Below are positions 9,432 to 18,915 of a DNA stretch of 64,000 nucleotides, piece after piece. This DNA comes from a bacterium (GTDB taxonomy: Bacteria; UBP6; UBA1177), in contig JAGCXM010000042.1 in the NCBI GenBank assembly GCA_017961325.1, positions 11,623 through 75,622 on the forward strand. Direction: 5' to 3'. Position 1 is the stretch's first letter. Every line of letters begins with the position of its first letter. The notes beneath the pieces were generated by a model. That model was not told the origin of the DNA. It saw only the letters and a list, made by a program, of their open reading frames with translations, and made no database searches. The position numbers were made by a program, and so were the translations under genes.

Positions 9432-10442
9432 TTATTCCGCCGGTTCGCAGACGGATTTTTCTCCGTTCCAACTGAAATGTTCTTTGCATTTGAAACGGCA
9501 TTCTTTGCCTATTTCGGTAGAACATTGATATTTTCCGCTTTCGGCGTCGAATGTAAATTCACCGGGGCATTCATAACATTTTTTGGTTTCTTCGCCGTAT
9601 TCAAAACCGTCGGGACACGGAACGGGCTCGTGGCAGCTGAACATTTCAGATGTCTTAACCGAAAATCCGTCGGTTGTTAATTCTGTAGCCTCATAAATCG
9701 GCGGAATTAGCGAATATCCCCATCTGACATCGTATATTTCCGAATCGCAGCAGCACGGCACCTGATTTTGCTGGGAGTTTGCATCTTTCTCCGTCTTATA
9801 GCACATTGTTTTATCTTTCAGACACATTTTTTGGCCGTTCGAGCTTACTCCGCAGAGCGTTGAGTGGCTTATGGTATTCCTAAATGCAAAAGCTCCGCAG
9901 TTATCTATCTGGCAGACTCCGCCTGTGTCGTTTGTTCCTTCGGGACATTGCGGCAGTGAAGGTTCGGCCGCTTCCGGTGTAGTCGTTTCAAAAGTCGAAG
10001 GAGCCTTTTCTTTACTGTATGAGCCGACTTCGGACGGCACATATCCGCCGTTCTGCCAGGTCTGGGTGATTACCGACGCGGTATTCCATTCAGCATTTTC
10101 AGGAAGTCCGGTGCATGAAACGGTTCTGTCTTCGTGAACGGTGTTTTCATCTTCGTCCTGTCCGCCTTCACCGGAATCGGCGTTATCTCCGTCCTGGCCG
10201 TCTTTATCCGGGTCTGTGTCGCTGCCTGTATCAGCGGAGTTTTCATCGTCTTTCTTCGGTGTTTCAAGGTCTTCATCAGTGTTTACGACTTCGTCATTGT
10301 CGGAAATTTCTTCCGAATCGCCTTTTTCTGATTGGTTTTTGTCGCTGTCGGCTTCCGCTTCCTGAATGACGCGCGTTGCTCCGTCTCCGCACGAGACTGC
10401 AGAGAACAGAGCAAGCAGAACTGCAAAAAACAGATGTCTCAT
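9432..10442 (-). CDS. Secreted lipoprotein with acidic D/E/S-rich linker and C-terminal Cys-rich domain (paralog family member 2)
   Basis: Signal peptide + lipobox AVSC; ~90 aa acidic tract; 20+ Cys in C-terminal half. Confidence 0.55.
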   Translation of the reverse strand: MRHLFFAVLLALFSAVSCGDGATRVIQEAEADSDKNQSEKGDSEEISDNDEVVNTDEDLETPKKDDENSADTGSDTDPDKDGQDGDNADSGEGGQDEDENTVHEDRTVSCTGLPENAEWNTASVITQTWQNGGYVPSEVGSYSKEKAPSTFETTTPEAAEPSLPQCPEGTNDTGGVCQIDNCGAFAFRNTISHSTLCGVSSNGQKMCLKDKTMCYKTEKDANSQQNQVPCCCDSEIYDVRWGYSLIPPIYEATELTTDGFSVKTSEMFSCHEPVPCPDGFEYGEETKKCYECPGEFTFDAESGKYQCSTEIGKECRFKCKEHFSWNGEKSVCEPAE

Positions 10443-10663
10443 TTCCGCCTCCTCTGTGAAAATACGAACAAAACGCGCTATTATATTGAAATCCCGGAAA
10501 AAATAAATTGAAAATCTAATTCCGGGAAAATTTCTTCAGTTCAGCCGGCGTATTTGAAAAACATGCGGAAGGATGCGGTGTTTTAAAAGAGTTTTTTTGA
10601 TATTTGCCGGTCCCTGATTAAAATGACGCGTTTTTTTGTTTTTACTCTTTTTTGAGGTCGCCT

Positions 10664-12058
10664 ATGGTTTTCAGCAGTCCTGTCTTTCTTTTTGTTTTTC
10701 TTCCTTTCGTCTGGTTCGTTCATGCTCTGCTTCCTGAAAGAGCGAGAAAACCTTTTCTGCTTTTGGCAAGTCTCGGTTTTTATATGTACGGCGAGGGAAT
10801 TTTTGTACTGCTGATGCTGATGACGATTCTGACGGCTCACTGCTCCGTTATTTTTATGAGAAAATTCAAGTGTCACCGCTCAAAAATCGCGCTAGGGAGT
10901 TCGCTTCTGGCTATTTTAATCCTTGTGATTTTCAAATATTCCAATTTTTTTACCGCACAGATTGCTCCGCTGCTTGCACGATTTTCCATAAACATTACGC
11001 CGACACAGTTTCATCTGCCGCTAGGAATCTCGTTTTTCACTTTTCAGGCAGTATCATGCATAATAGATTTTTACAGAAAACCGGACAGAAAATATCTTTC
11101 GTTTCTTGACACAGCTCTCTATATTTCGTTTTTTCCGCAGCTCGTTGCAGGTCCTATCGTCCGTTATGACACATTTATTCCGCAGCTTAAATACCGGGCG
11201 GTTCACTATGCTGCATTTCTGTACGGCTTGAAGCGTTTTATTTACGGTTTGGCCAAAAAAGTGCTGATTTCAAACAATCTGGCGCCAGTCGTTGACAAGA
11301 TATATTCATTGGATACTTCAGCAATAGATACTTTCACTGCATGGGCGGCGCCGTTGCTGTTCGGAATCCAGCTTTATTTCGATTTTTCGGGTTACTCAGA
11401 CATGGCAATCGGTCTGGCGCGTATGTTCGGCATAAGAATTCCGGAAAACTTCAACTATCCGTTTGCCGCGACTTCTATGACGAATTTCTGGCGCAGATGG
11501 CACATTTCTCTTTCGACCTGGTTCCGGGATTATCTCTACATTCCTTTGGGAGGAAGCAGAAAAGGGGAATTCAGGACAATCGTCAATGTCTGGATTGTTT
11601 TTTTGATTTGCGGTTTGTGGCACGGAGCGGCCTGGAATTTTATCTTTTTCGGTGTAGTGATATCAATTTTTATGACTTGCGAAAGGTTTTACCGCAAAAA
11701 ATGTTCATTCCGAAGCAGTGCTTTGGCGCATGTTTACACGTTGTTTGTTGTTATTCCGCTCTTTTTTGCGTCATTTCGTACAAACTCGCCGGCGCATTTT
11801 TTCTCTTTTTTGTCAATAATGCTGGTTCCGAGAGGCTCTCTTACCCAGTTGGTGCAGCTCTTTGACGCAAAAACGGCGGCGGTACTTGTTGCGGGTACGA
11901 TATTTCTCTTCCCTGTTTACGGACATGTCTGCAAAAAATTCGGGAAATCGGTTGCGTTTAAATATATGGAAGCCCTGCTTCTTGCCGTTCTTTTCGCGTT
12001 TGCGCTGACAAGCAGTTCAATGGTTTTTTCCGATCCGTTCGTTTATTTCAGGTTCTAG
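10664..12058 (+). CDS. MBOAT family O-acyltransferase (AlgI/DltB/PatA-like)
   Basis: Multi-TM; conserved MBOAT His region (WRRWHISLSTWFRDYLYIPLGG, GLWHGAAWNF); start taken at MVFSSPVFLF. Confidence 0.85.
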   Translation: MVFSSPVFLFVFLPFVWFVHALLPERARKPFLLLASLGFYMYGEGIFVLLMLMTILTAHCSVIFMRKFKCHRSKIALGSSLLAILILVIFKYSNFFTAQIAPLLARFSINITPTQFHLPLGISFFTFQAVSCIIDFYRKPDRKYLSFLDTALYISFFPQLVAGPIVRYDTFIPQLKYRAVHYAAFLYGLKRFIYGLAKKVLISNNLAPVVDKIYSLDTSAIDTFTAWAAPLLFGIQLYFDFSGYSDMAIGLARMFGIRIPENFNYPFAATSMTNFWRRWHISLSTWFRDYLYIPLGGSRKGEFRTIVNVWIVFLICGLWHGAAWNFIFFGVVISIFMTCERFYRKKCSFRSSALAHVYTLFVVIPLFFASFRTNSPAHFFSFLSIMLVPRGSLTQLVQLFDAKTAAVLVAGTIFLFPVYGHVCKKFGKSVAFKYMEALLLAVLFAFALTSSSMVFSDPFVYFRF

Positions 12059-12060
12059 CT

Positions 12061-13257
12061 ATGCGGAGCGCGAGAATTGACAGAATAAATTCATTAGGCA
12101 GATTTGCCGCAGGTTTGTTTTGTCTGATATTGTATTTTGTTTTTGCCGAACTTGTTTTGAATTTTACGACTTTCAAAGACATCGGAAATGAATTGGATTA
12201 CTACATTGCGCAGAGTTTTACTGAAACAGAGCGCAAAGACGCCGAACAGTTCAACAAGGATCTCATATCATGCGGGGAACGTGCCGAAATTGTTCCGGGA
12301 ACCACCCTCTATAAGTACAAAGCCGCAAAGACGAAAAGTTTTACGATAAACTCTTTCGGTTTCCGCGGTGAAGAGCTGACGAAAAAAGAGAGAAACGAAT
12401 ACAGGATTGTTATTTTCGGAGATTCCAAACTTTTGGGTTATCTTCTTCCCGATAAGGATACGATTCCTGTTCTTGTGCAGGAAAAACTCAGAAAACATTT
12501 CAAAAACAAGGGAAAAAGGATAAATGTTGTCAATTTCGGGATAGAGGCTTTTGATATTCAGCGCTCGATTGAAGCCGCACGTCTTTATCTTTTTGATCTT
12601 GAATCCGACTTTATTGTTTTTTATTCGGCGGCAGTCGATTTAAACGAAGCTTATTCTTTAGGCGGGAATGATTTGATACCTTTTGCCGAAGGTGACGCTT
12701 TGCCTGAAATTTTCAGAGCCCGCAGCGATAATAATGTGTTCATGTTAAAAATTCTCCAGATTCTTAATTTTGCTTTTTTCAGTGATTTTTATGAAACTGA
12801 ATCGAATGCTCTTGAAAACGAGAAATTGGGCTATCCGGTTCCGCCGCACGTTATTCAGAATTTGAACGATTTTCCTAAATCTTATGCCGCAAGGATAAAA
12901 AAAGCCAGCGATTACTTCAAGGCATGGGGAGTTCCGACTCTTTTTATTTTACCGCCGATACCGCAGTTCAAAAATCCGCTTTCGGAAATTGAAAAGAAAA
13001 TACTTTTCCAGCGTGAATTTTATACTCCTGGAATAAATCAGTTTACCGAAGAGTGTTATGTGGAAACCATAAAACAGGTTGAGCAACAGTCTGATGTGAA
13101 AGTGGTCAACCACAGCGAAATGTTTGACGGAATGGATGAAACCGTTTTTTTTGACGGACTTCATATGACGCCCAAGGCAAACAGAATGGCCGCGGAAAAA
13201 ATGGCCGGAGATCTTATAAAGATTTTGGAATCGGAACATTATCTTGAAAAAAAATAA
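12061..13257 (+). CDS. Membrane-anchored SGNH/GDSL-like partner of MBOAT (AlgJ/DltD/PatB-like), paralog A
   Basis: N-terminal TM anchor, FNSFGFRGEE and VIFGDSKLLGY (GDS motif). Confidence 0.6.
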   Translation: MRSARIDRINSLGRFAAGLFCLILYFVFAELVLNFTTFKDIGNELDYYIAQSFTETERKDAEQFNKDLISCGERAEIVPGTTLYKYKAAKTKSFTINSFGFRGEELTKKERNEYRIVIFGDSKLLGYLLPDKDTIPVLVQEKLRKHFKNKGKRINVVNFGIEAFDIQRSIEAARLYLFDLESDFIVFYSAAVDLNEAYSLGGNDLIPFAEGDALPEIFRARSDNNVFMLKILQILNFAFFSDFYETESNALENEKLGYPVPPHVIQNLNDFPKSYAARIKKASDYFKAWGVPTLFILPPIPQFKNPLSEIEKKILFQREFYTPGINQFTEECYVETIKQVEQQSDVKVVNHSEMFDGMDETVFFDGLHMTPKANRMAAEKMAGDLIKILESEHYLEKK

Positions 13258-14428
13258 GCGGATAGACAAAGTAAACTCGCTTAAGAGATTTTTTTTGTTT
13301 TTGCTGATTGTTTCAGCCGTTTTCGGTGCTTCGGAATTTGTTCTGCAGGAATTTACGCCGTTCGGAGACGCCTTGAACAATTTGGAATACTATGCCGGTC
13401 TCTCTTTTTCCGAAAAAGATGCGAAAACAGCGATGAAAGCCAGGGAGGATCTGGCTTCTCTCGGAGCAAAAATCATAAAAGTTCCGGGGACGCTGATTTA
13501 CCGCTATAAAAAGGCTGAAACGGAGAGCTTCAGCTTCAATTCATTCGGATTCCGCGGCGAGGAACCTTCGAAAAAGGGGGAAAACGAATACAGGATAGGG
13601 GTTTTCGGCTGTTCGAAGGTTCTCGGAATTTATCTTGCAGAGGAAAATACGATCCCGTTTATTCTTCAACAGAGGGCGCAGCGGGAGTTCCCGCAGAAAA
13701 AAATAACCGTCTTCAACATGGGAGTCGAAGGATACGACCTGCAGCGGGCGATTTCGTTTGCCGAATTTGACGGCGAAAGGCTGGGACTCGATATGGCGGT
13801 GTTTTATTCAAACGTAAACGACATAAATTACAGTTTCAAGGACGGAAGCATAGATTGGGAACCGTTTAAGGAAAACGAAGAGGTTTATCAGAATCTGGTC
13901 GAAGATATTGCCGCGCACAGTAAAAAGCCGTTTTGGGAACGAAGCCGTCTCAGGGCAGTGGTAAAAGAGGCTTTTTTAAGTGATTTCGTTAAATATTTCG
14001 CCTCTTTTGCAAAAGATCAGGTTTTCCAGAAACTCACTCCGGAATTTGAAAGAAGGGCTGTGGAGTTTTCTGAAAAATTTAATGAAAGGATAAGAAAAAC
14101 TTCTGAGAAATTTGAAAAAAAGGGAATAAAAACGGTTTTTTTCTTCCCGCCGATAATTCAGCTGAAGGAGCCTTTGAGCAAAATAGAACGGAATATGCTT
14201 TACAAAAATGAAATGAGTATCGCCGGCTACAACAACTATTTTATCAAGTGCGCGGAAGGGGTTTCGGAAAGTGAAAATCCCCTTATTTTTTCTCAAAAGG
14301 ATATTTTCAGAGGATATCGCGAAACTGCCTTTTTCGACGGAATTCATTTTACGCCTGAAGCTTCCCGGATTGTCGGGAACGACGTCGCTGAAAAGGTCGT
14401 TTCCGTATTGAAAAAAGAACTTGATTGA
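13244..14428 (+). CDS. Membrane-anchored SGNH/GDSL-like partner of MBOAT, paralog B
   Basis: Collinear with paralog A (KRIDKVNSLKRF, FNSFGFRGEE, GVFGCSKVLG with D-to-C change next to Ser); overlaps A by 14 nt. Confidence 0.6.
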   Translation: MKKNKRIDKVNSLKRFFLFLLIVSAVFGASEFVLQEFTPFGDALNNLEYYAGLSFSEKDAKTAMKAREDLASLGAKIIKVPGTLIYRYKKAETESFSFNSFGFRGEEPSKKGENEYRIGVFGCSKVLGIYLAEENTIPFILQQRAQREFPQKKITVFNMGVEGYDLQRAISFAEFDGERLGLDMAVFYSNVNDINYSFKDGSIDWEPFKENEEVYQNLVEDIAAHSKKPFWERSRLRAVVKEAFLSDFVKYFASFAKDQVFQKLTPEFERRAVEFSEKFNERIRKTSEKFEKKGIKTVFFFPPIIQLKEPLSKIERNMLYKNEMSIAGYNNYFIKCAEGVSESENPLIFSQKDIFRGYRETAFFDGIHFTPEASRIVGNDVAEKVVSVLKKELD

Positions 14429-14525
14429 AAATTTGATTTCAGATTGAATTTCAGCATAATTCCCTGTTTGTTTAACGGCTTTTGTCGCAAAAAGTGCGGT
14501 TGAACGATGTTTTCAGGAGGTCAAA

Positions 14526-15275
14526 ATGAGAAAATCAATAATAGCTGCAAACTGGAAGATGAATAATCTGACGAGTGATGTGATAAACTTTTTCGCCGAA
14601 TTCGGCGATGCGGCGGTAAACTCGGAAAATGAAGTCGTCATTGCACCGGCCTATCCCTATATTCCGCTTGCTTCGGCGCTTTCCAAAAATAGAAATATCG
14701 AGATCGCGGCTCAGGATGTCTATCCGAAGGCCGAAGGTGCATTTACAGGCATGGTCGGCGGAAAAATGCTTGCCGATCTTGGCGTGAATGCGGTCATAAT
14801 CGGGCACAGCGAGAGGCGCAGGATATTCGGCGAACCGAACGAACTTATCCGCGAAAAGGTGAAATTCGTGCAGGAAAACGGTCTCCATCTTATTTTCTGC
14901 GTAGGCGAAACGCTGCCGGAAAGGGAGAACGGCTCGATGTTCAATGTGCTTGAAGAACAGATTTTTTCGGCATTCGACGACAACCTGATTCTTGCTCCGG
15001 AAAAGATCACGGTCGCATACGAACCTGTTTGGGCGATAGGAACCGGCGTTACGGCGACTCCGGAACAGGCGGCTGAAATGCATGCCTTCATCCGCAGGAT
15101 AATGAAGGAAAGATACGGTTACGCCGATTCGAGAATACTTTACGGTGGAAGCGTAAAACCTGAAAATATTAAAGGACTTATGTCTAATGAAGATATCGAC
15201 GGCGCACTTGTAGGCGGAGCGAGCCTCAAAGCCTCTTCGTTTATGAAATTAGTGAATTTCCAAGCGGTGAGATAA
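14526..15275 (+). CDS. tpiA: Triosephosphate isomerase
   Basis: AANWKMN, IGHSERR, AYEPVWAIGTG motifs. Confidence 0.95.
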   Translation: MRKSIIAANWKMNNLTSDVINFFAEFGDAAVNSENEVVIAPAYPYIPLASALSKNRNIEIAAQDVYPKAEGAFTGMVGGKMLADLGVNAVIIGHSERRRIFGEPNELIREKVKFVQENGLHLIFCVGETLPERENGSMFNVLEEQIFSAFDDNLILAPEKITVAYEPVWAIGTGVTATPEQAAEMHAFIRRIMKERYGYADSRILYGGSVKPENIKGLMSNEDIDGALVGGASLKASSFMKLVNFQAVR

Positions 15276-16309
15276 TGAAAAGCAACAGACTTATGGTTTC
15301 GGATATAGAAGACGGCGATATAATAATTCCCGATTCCAAGTGCTATTTTCTCGTGAAAAAATCTTCAGTAAAGGTCGGCAAAACAGGCAAGAAATACATC
15401 GATCTGGATCTTTTTGACGGCGTTTCGACAGTTGCGGGAAAAGTATGGGACATTACAGAAGAGACTGCCGAGGCTGTTCAGGCGGGAAACGTTATTCAGG
15501 TTCTTACCGGAAAAACGGGAAAATACCTGTCAAATATGCAGATTACGATAAATGATGCCGTAATCGTGCCGCCGGAAAAGATCGATTCTGAATGCGCCGG
15601 GATTCTTCCGGAATCGTTCTACACCTGCGAAGAACTCGGAAAACAGTGGGATGAACTTTGCGAAGTGCTCGTTCCGAAACACCGCGAAATAGTGAACAAA
15701 TTCATGGAAAACGAAAAAATCTGGCATCTTTTCACGACGATTCCCGGCGGCAGAAGCATGCATCACGCCTGCAGAAGAGGTTTGTGGGAACATTCGATTT
15801 CGGTCGCGCAGTCGGCACTTGCGGTCTCTGACGTTTTTGATGAAAAATACGGCGTCAACATTTCGCTCGTGGTCCTTTCCTCGATGCTTCACGATATAGG
15901 AAAAATCTTCGAATTCCAGATAAATCCGGCGACTTCGATGGTAGACAGATATTCCGACAGAGGCAAACTGTTAGGGCATATCTACATGGGTGCGACCTGG
16001 CTAGAAAAGCTGGTTTCGTCGTGTTTCCCCGATGACAGCGACCTTAAAATGGATCTCATCCATGTAATTTTAAGCCATCACGGGCAGTATGAATTCGGAT
16101 CTCCCAAACGCCCGAAAACGCTTGAAGCACTGATCGTTTCGGCATGCGACAACCTTGATGCAAGCTGCGATGCGGTCAAATCGTGTTTCGGCGACAACAT
16201 GGACGGCAACTGGACAAAACCGGTTTATATGATGGATCGGGCTTTTTTCAGACGGCAGGAAAATGCCGACGACGGTAAAAACGAAAGCTATGAAGAATCA
16301 GCAGAATAA
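15275..16309 (+). CDS. YhaM-like 3'-5' exoribonuclease (OB-fold + HD domain)
   Basis: N-terminal OB-fold region, HD motif (LHDIGK, SHHGQYEFG); start overlaps tpiA stop (ATGA). Confidence 0.65.
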   Translation: MKSNRLMVSDIEDGDIIIPDSKCYFLVKKSSVKVGKTGKKYIDLDLFDGVSTVAGKVWDITEETAEAVQAGNVIQVLTGKTGKYLSNMQITINDAVIVPPEKIDSECAGILPESFYTCEELGKQWDELCEVLVPKHREIVNKFMENEKIWHLFTTIPGGRSMHHACRRGLWEHSISVAQSALAVSDVFDEKYGVNISLVVLSSMLHDIGKIFEFQINPATSMVDRYSDRGKLLGHIYMGATWLEKLVSSCFPDDSDLKMDLIHVILSHHGQYEFGSPKRPKTLEALIVSACDNLDASCDAVKSCFGDNMDGNWTKPVYMMDRAFFRRQENADDGKNESYEESAE

Positions 16310-16334
16310 AAAACAATTTTAAATGGAGGAAAAA

Positions 16335-17336
16335 ATGTCAAAAATTCGTGTTGCAATTAACGGTTTCGGCAGAATAGGAAGAGCTGTTTTCAGAATCGCC
16401 GAAGGAAGCGATGCTGTTGAAATCGTCGTCATCAACGACCTTACCGATCCTAAAACTCTCGCTCATCTTTTGAAGTATGATTCGGTTCACGGCACTTGGG
16501 ATAAAGAAGTTTCCGCAGGTGAATCTTCGATCATAGTCAACGGCCGCGAAGTTCAGATTCTTGCAGAAAAGGATCCAGAAAATCTCCCGTGGAGAGATAT
16601 GAAAATAGATGCAGTTCTTGAGTGCACTGGTCGTTTCACGGCAAGGGAAAAAGCCAATCTCCACATTGAAGCCGGCGCTAGAAAAGTCATCATCTCCGCT
16701 CCGGCAAAGGGCGAAGACATGACGGTCGTATACGGCGTAAACGACTATCTCTACGACAAGGAGAGACACAACATCATTTCGAACGCAAGCTGTACCACGA
16801 ACTGCCTTGCTCCGATAACCTACATCATGCACAAGCATTTCGGAATCAAACACGGTCTTATGACCACCATTCACTCATACACGAACGACCAGCGCATTCT
16901 CGACCTTCCGCACAAGGATCTCCGCAGAGCAAGAGCAGGCGCAGTCAGCATGATCCCGACGACGACCGGCGCGGCAAAGGCTATCAGCCTCGTCATTCCC
17001 GAGCTCAAGGGCAAGCTAGACGGCATTTCGATAAGAGTCCCGACGCCGAACGTAAGTGTCGTTGATGCAACTTTCATCATCGAAAAGGAGACTACGGCGG
17101 AAGAAATCAACGCACTTATGAAGGAATACGCAGAAGGTCAGATGAAAGGCGTTCTCAGATATTGTGACGAGCCGCTTGTTTCGCACGATTTCAACGGCGA
17201 TCCGCACTCATCCATTCTTGACGCCCTCAACACTGCCGTAATGCAGGGAAATATGGTTAAACTTCTCAGCTGGTACGACAACGAATGGGGTTACAGCAAC
17301 AGAATGTTCGACGTTCTGAGAAAACTTTTTGCTTAA
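16335..17336 (+). CDS. gap: Glyceraldehyde-3-phosphate dehydrogenase
   Basis: INGFGRIGR NAD motif, active-site SNASCTTNCLAP; start chosen after GGAGG RBS (track ORF begins 16323). Confidence 0.95.
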   Translation: MSKIRVAINGFGRIGRAVFRIAEGSDAVEIVVINDLTDPKTLAHLLKYDSVHGTWDKEVSAGESSIIVNGREVQILAEKDPENLPWRDMKIDAVLECTGRFTAREKANLHIEAGARKVIISAPAKGEDMTVVYGVNDYLYDKERHNIISNASCTTNCLAPITYIMHKHFGIKHGLMTTIHSYTNDQRILDLPHKDLRRARAGAVSMIPTTTGAAKAISLVIPELKGKLDGISIRVPTPNVSVVDATFIIEKETTAEEINALMKEYAEGQMKGVLRYCDEPLVSHDFNGDPHSSILDALNTAVMQGNMVKLLSWYDNEWGYSNRMFDVLRKLFA

Positions 17337-17351
17337 TAAACGGAGGATCTG

Positions 17352-18557
17352 ATGGGTTTTTTGGAAACTCTCGGTGTCAAGTGTATAAATGAACTCGCGA
17401 TCAGGGAGAAACGGGTCTTTTTGAGAACCGATTTCAATTTTCCGGCGGATGAGTCGGAAAATGTCGCCGATTTTGACAGAATGGAAAAAATTATTCCGAC
17501 AATCAGGCATATTCTTGAGAGGAATGCCCGCCTGATCATAGCATCGCATTTCGGAAGGCCGGAAAGTGAAAAGGATATTCAGTACACACTTGAACCGTTT
17601 GCTGCAAAACTCGCCGAAATTCTCGATCAGGATATTTATTTCTTCGAGGATTGTGTCGGAATGGGGGCGATGCAGATGGTGAGGGATCTCAAACCTGGTC
17701 AGATACTTGTTCTCGAAAATCTCAGATTCAACGAAGATGAAAAGAAAGGTTCAACCGCTTTTGCGCGCGACCTTGCTAAAATGTGCGATGTCTATATCAA
17801 CGACGCTTTCGGCGTTTCGCACAGAAAAGACACCTCTATAGCCGTTCTTCCGCGCTTTACCGATACTAAAGGAGCCGGGCTTTCGTTGAAAGACGAAGTA
17901 GACGTTCTGTCGAAGTTTCTCGGCATGGGACACGGCAGCGGGCTCTGCATAATGCTCGGCGGCTCCAATGTTGCCGATAAAATCGGACTTATCCGCCCGA
18001 TGCTTGACATTGCCGACAAAATCATAGTCGGCGGTGCGGTAGCCCATGTTTTTCTGGCGGCGAAAGGTATCCGTTCAGGAGCTACTGAAGTAGACGAAAG
18101 CAAAATTCCGCTTGCTAAGGAGATTCTGAAGAGTGCCGGTGTCCGCAAAGTCGAAATCGTTCTTCCGGTCGATTTTGTCGTCGCTGAAACGGTTAATTCA
18201 ACCGAAACCATGACCTGCAATGCCGATTCTTTCCCGGAAGGAATGACAGCTTTCGACATCGGTCCGGAAACCGTTGAACTTTTTGCCCGGAAGGCGGCAG
18301 AATGCAGCCAGCTTTTCTGGAGCGGTCCGATGGGAGTTTACGAAAAACCTCTGTTTTTGAACGGCAGTGTCAGACTTGCCGAAAAAATAGCAAAATTTCC
18401 CGTTCTCAAGGTTGTCGGCGGCGGCGATACGGGACTTATGCTGAAAAAATCGAACCTGACAAACAGCTTCGACCATGTTTTTACAGGCGGAATGGCGGCC
18501 TTGGAATTTTTGAAAAACGGCGGAAATTTACCTGGAATAGATGCATTGAAAGGTTAG
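17352..18557 (+). CDS. pgk: Phosphoglycerate kinase
   Basis: RxDFNxP N-terminal motif, hinge and C-terminal nucleotide-binding motifs (VGGGDTG), 401 aa. Confidence 0.95.
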   Translation: MGFLETLGVKCINELAIREKRVFLRTDFNFPADESENVADFDRMEKIIPTIRHILERNARLIIASHFGRPESEKDIQYTLEPFAAKLAEILDQDIYFFEDCVGMGAMQMVRDLKPGQILVLENLRFNEDEKKGSTAFARDLAKMCDVYINDAFGVSHRKDTSIAVLPRFTDTKGAGLSLKDEVDVLSKFLGMGHGSGLCIMLGGSNVADKIGLIRPMLDIADKIIVGGAVAHVFLAAKGIRSGATEVDESKIPLAKEILKSAGVRKVEIVLPVDFVVAETVNSTETMTCNADSFPEGMTAFDIGPETVELFARKAAECSQLFWSGPMGVYEKPLFLNGSVRLAEKIAKFPVLKVVGGGDTGLMLKKSNLTNSFDHVFTGGMAALEFLKNGGNLPGIDALKG

Positions 18558-18560
18558 GCT

Positions 18561-18887
18561 ATGTCAAAACTTACGATGGCTAAATCGTCTGCCAATAACG
18601 GCAGACCGAGTATGGAAAGGAAACTGACGCCTACCGAAATCCTTCAGATTAAGGAGAGCCGAAAGGAAAATATGGGGTATGTGCAGGAATGGCCCCGTCA
18701 AAAACTCAGAATTGCAGATTTGAAACCTGATGAAGAGTTTATAAAAGAAAGCTCCGGGCATGAATATAAGTATTTTATTTTATTAATGATTCCTCTTGTG
18801 GTGACGGCGGCGTTCGTTCTTGTCGACAGGAACGGTCTTTATGAAGATTTTCTTGTTTTTTTAGAAAGCATACTTTCTGACATTTAA
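18561..18887 (+). CDS. Small hypothetical protein with C-terminal transmembrane helix (108 aa)
   Basis: ORF with weak AAAGG RBS; C-terminal hydrophobic segment FILLMIPLVVTAAFVLV. Confidence 0.35.
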   Translation: MSKLTMAKSSANNGRPSMERKLTPTEILQIKESRKENMGYVQEWPRQKLRIADLKPDEEFIKESSGHEYKYFILLMIPLVVTAAFVLVDRNGLYEDFLVFLESILSDI

Positions 18888-18915
18888 TTTTTTATATCCC
18901 GTTTAGGAGTTTGAA

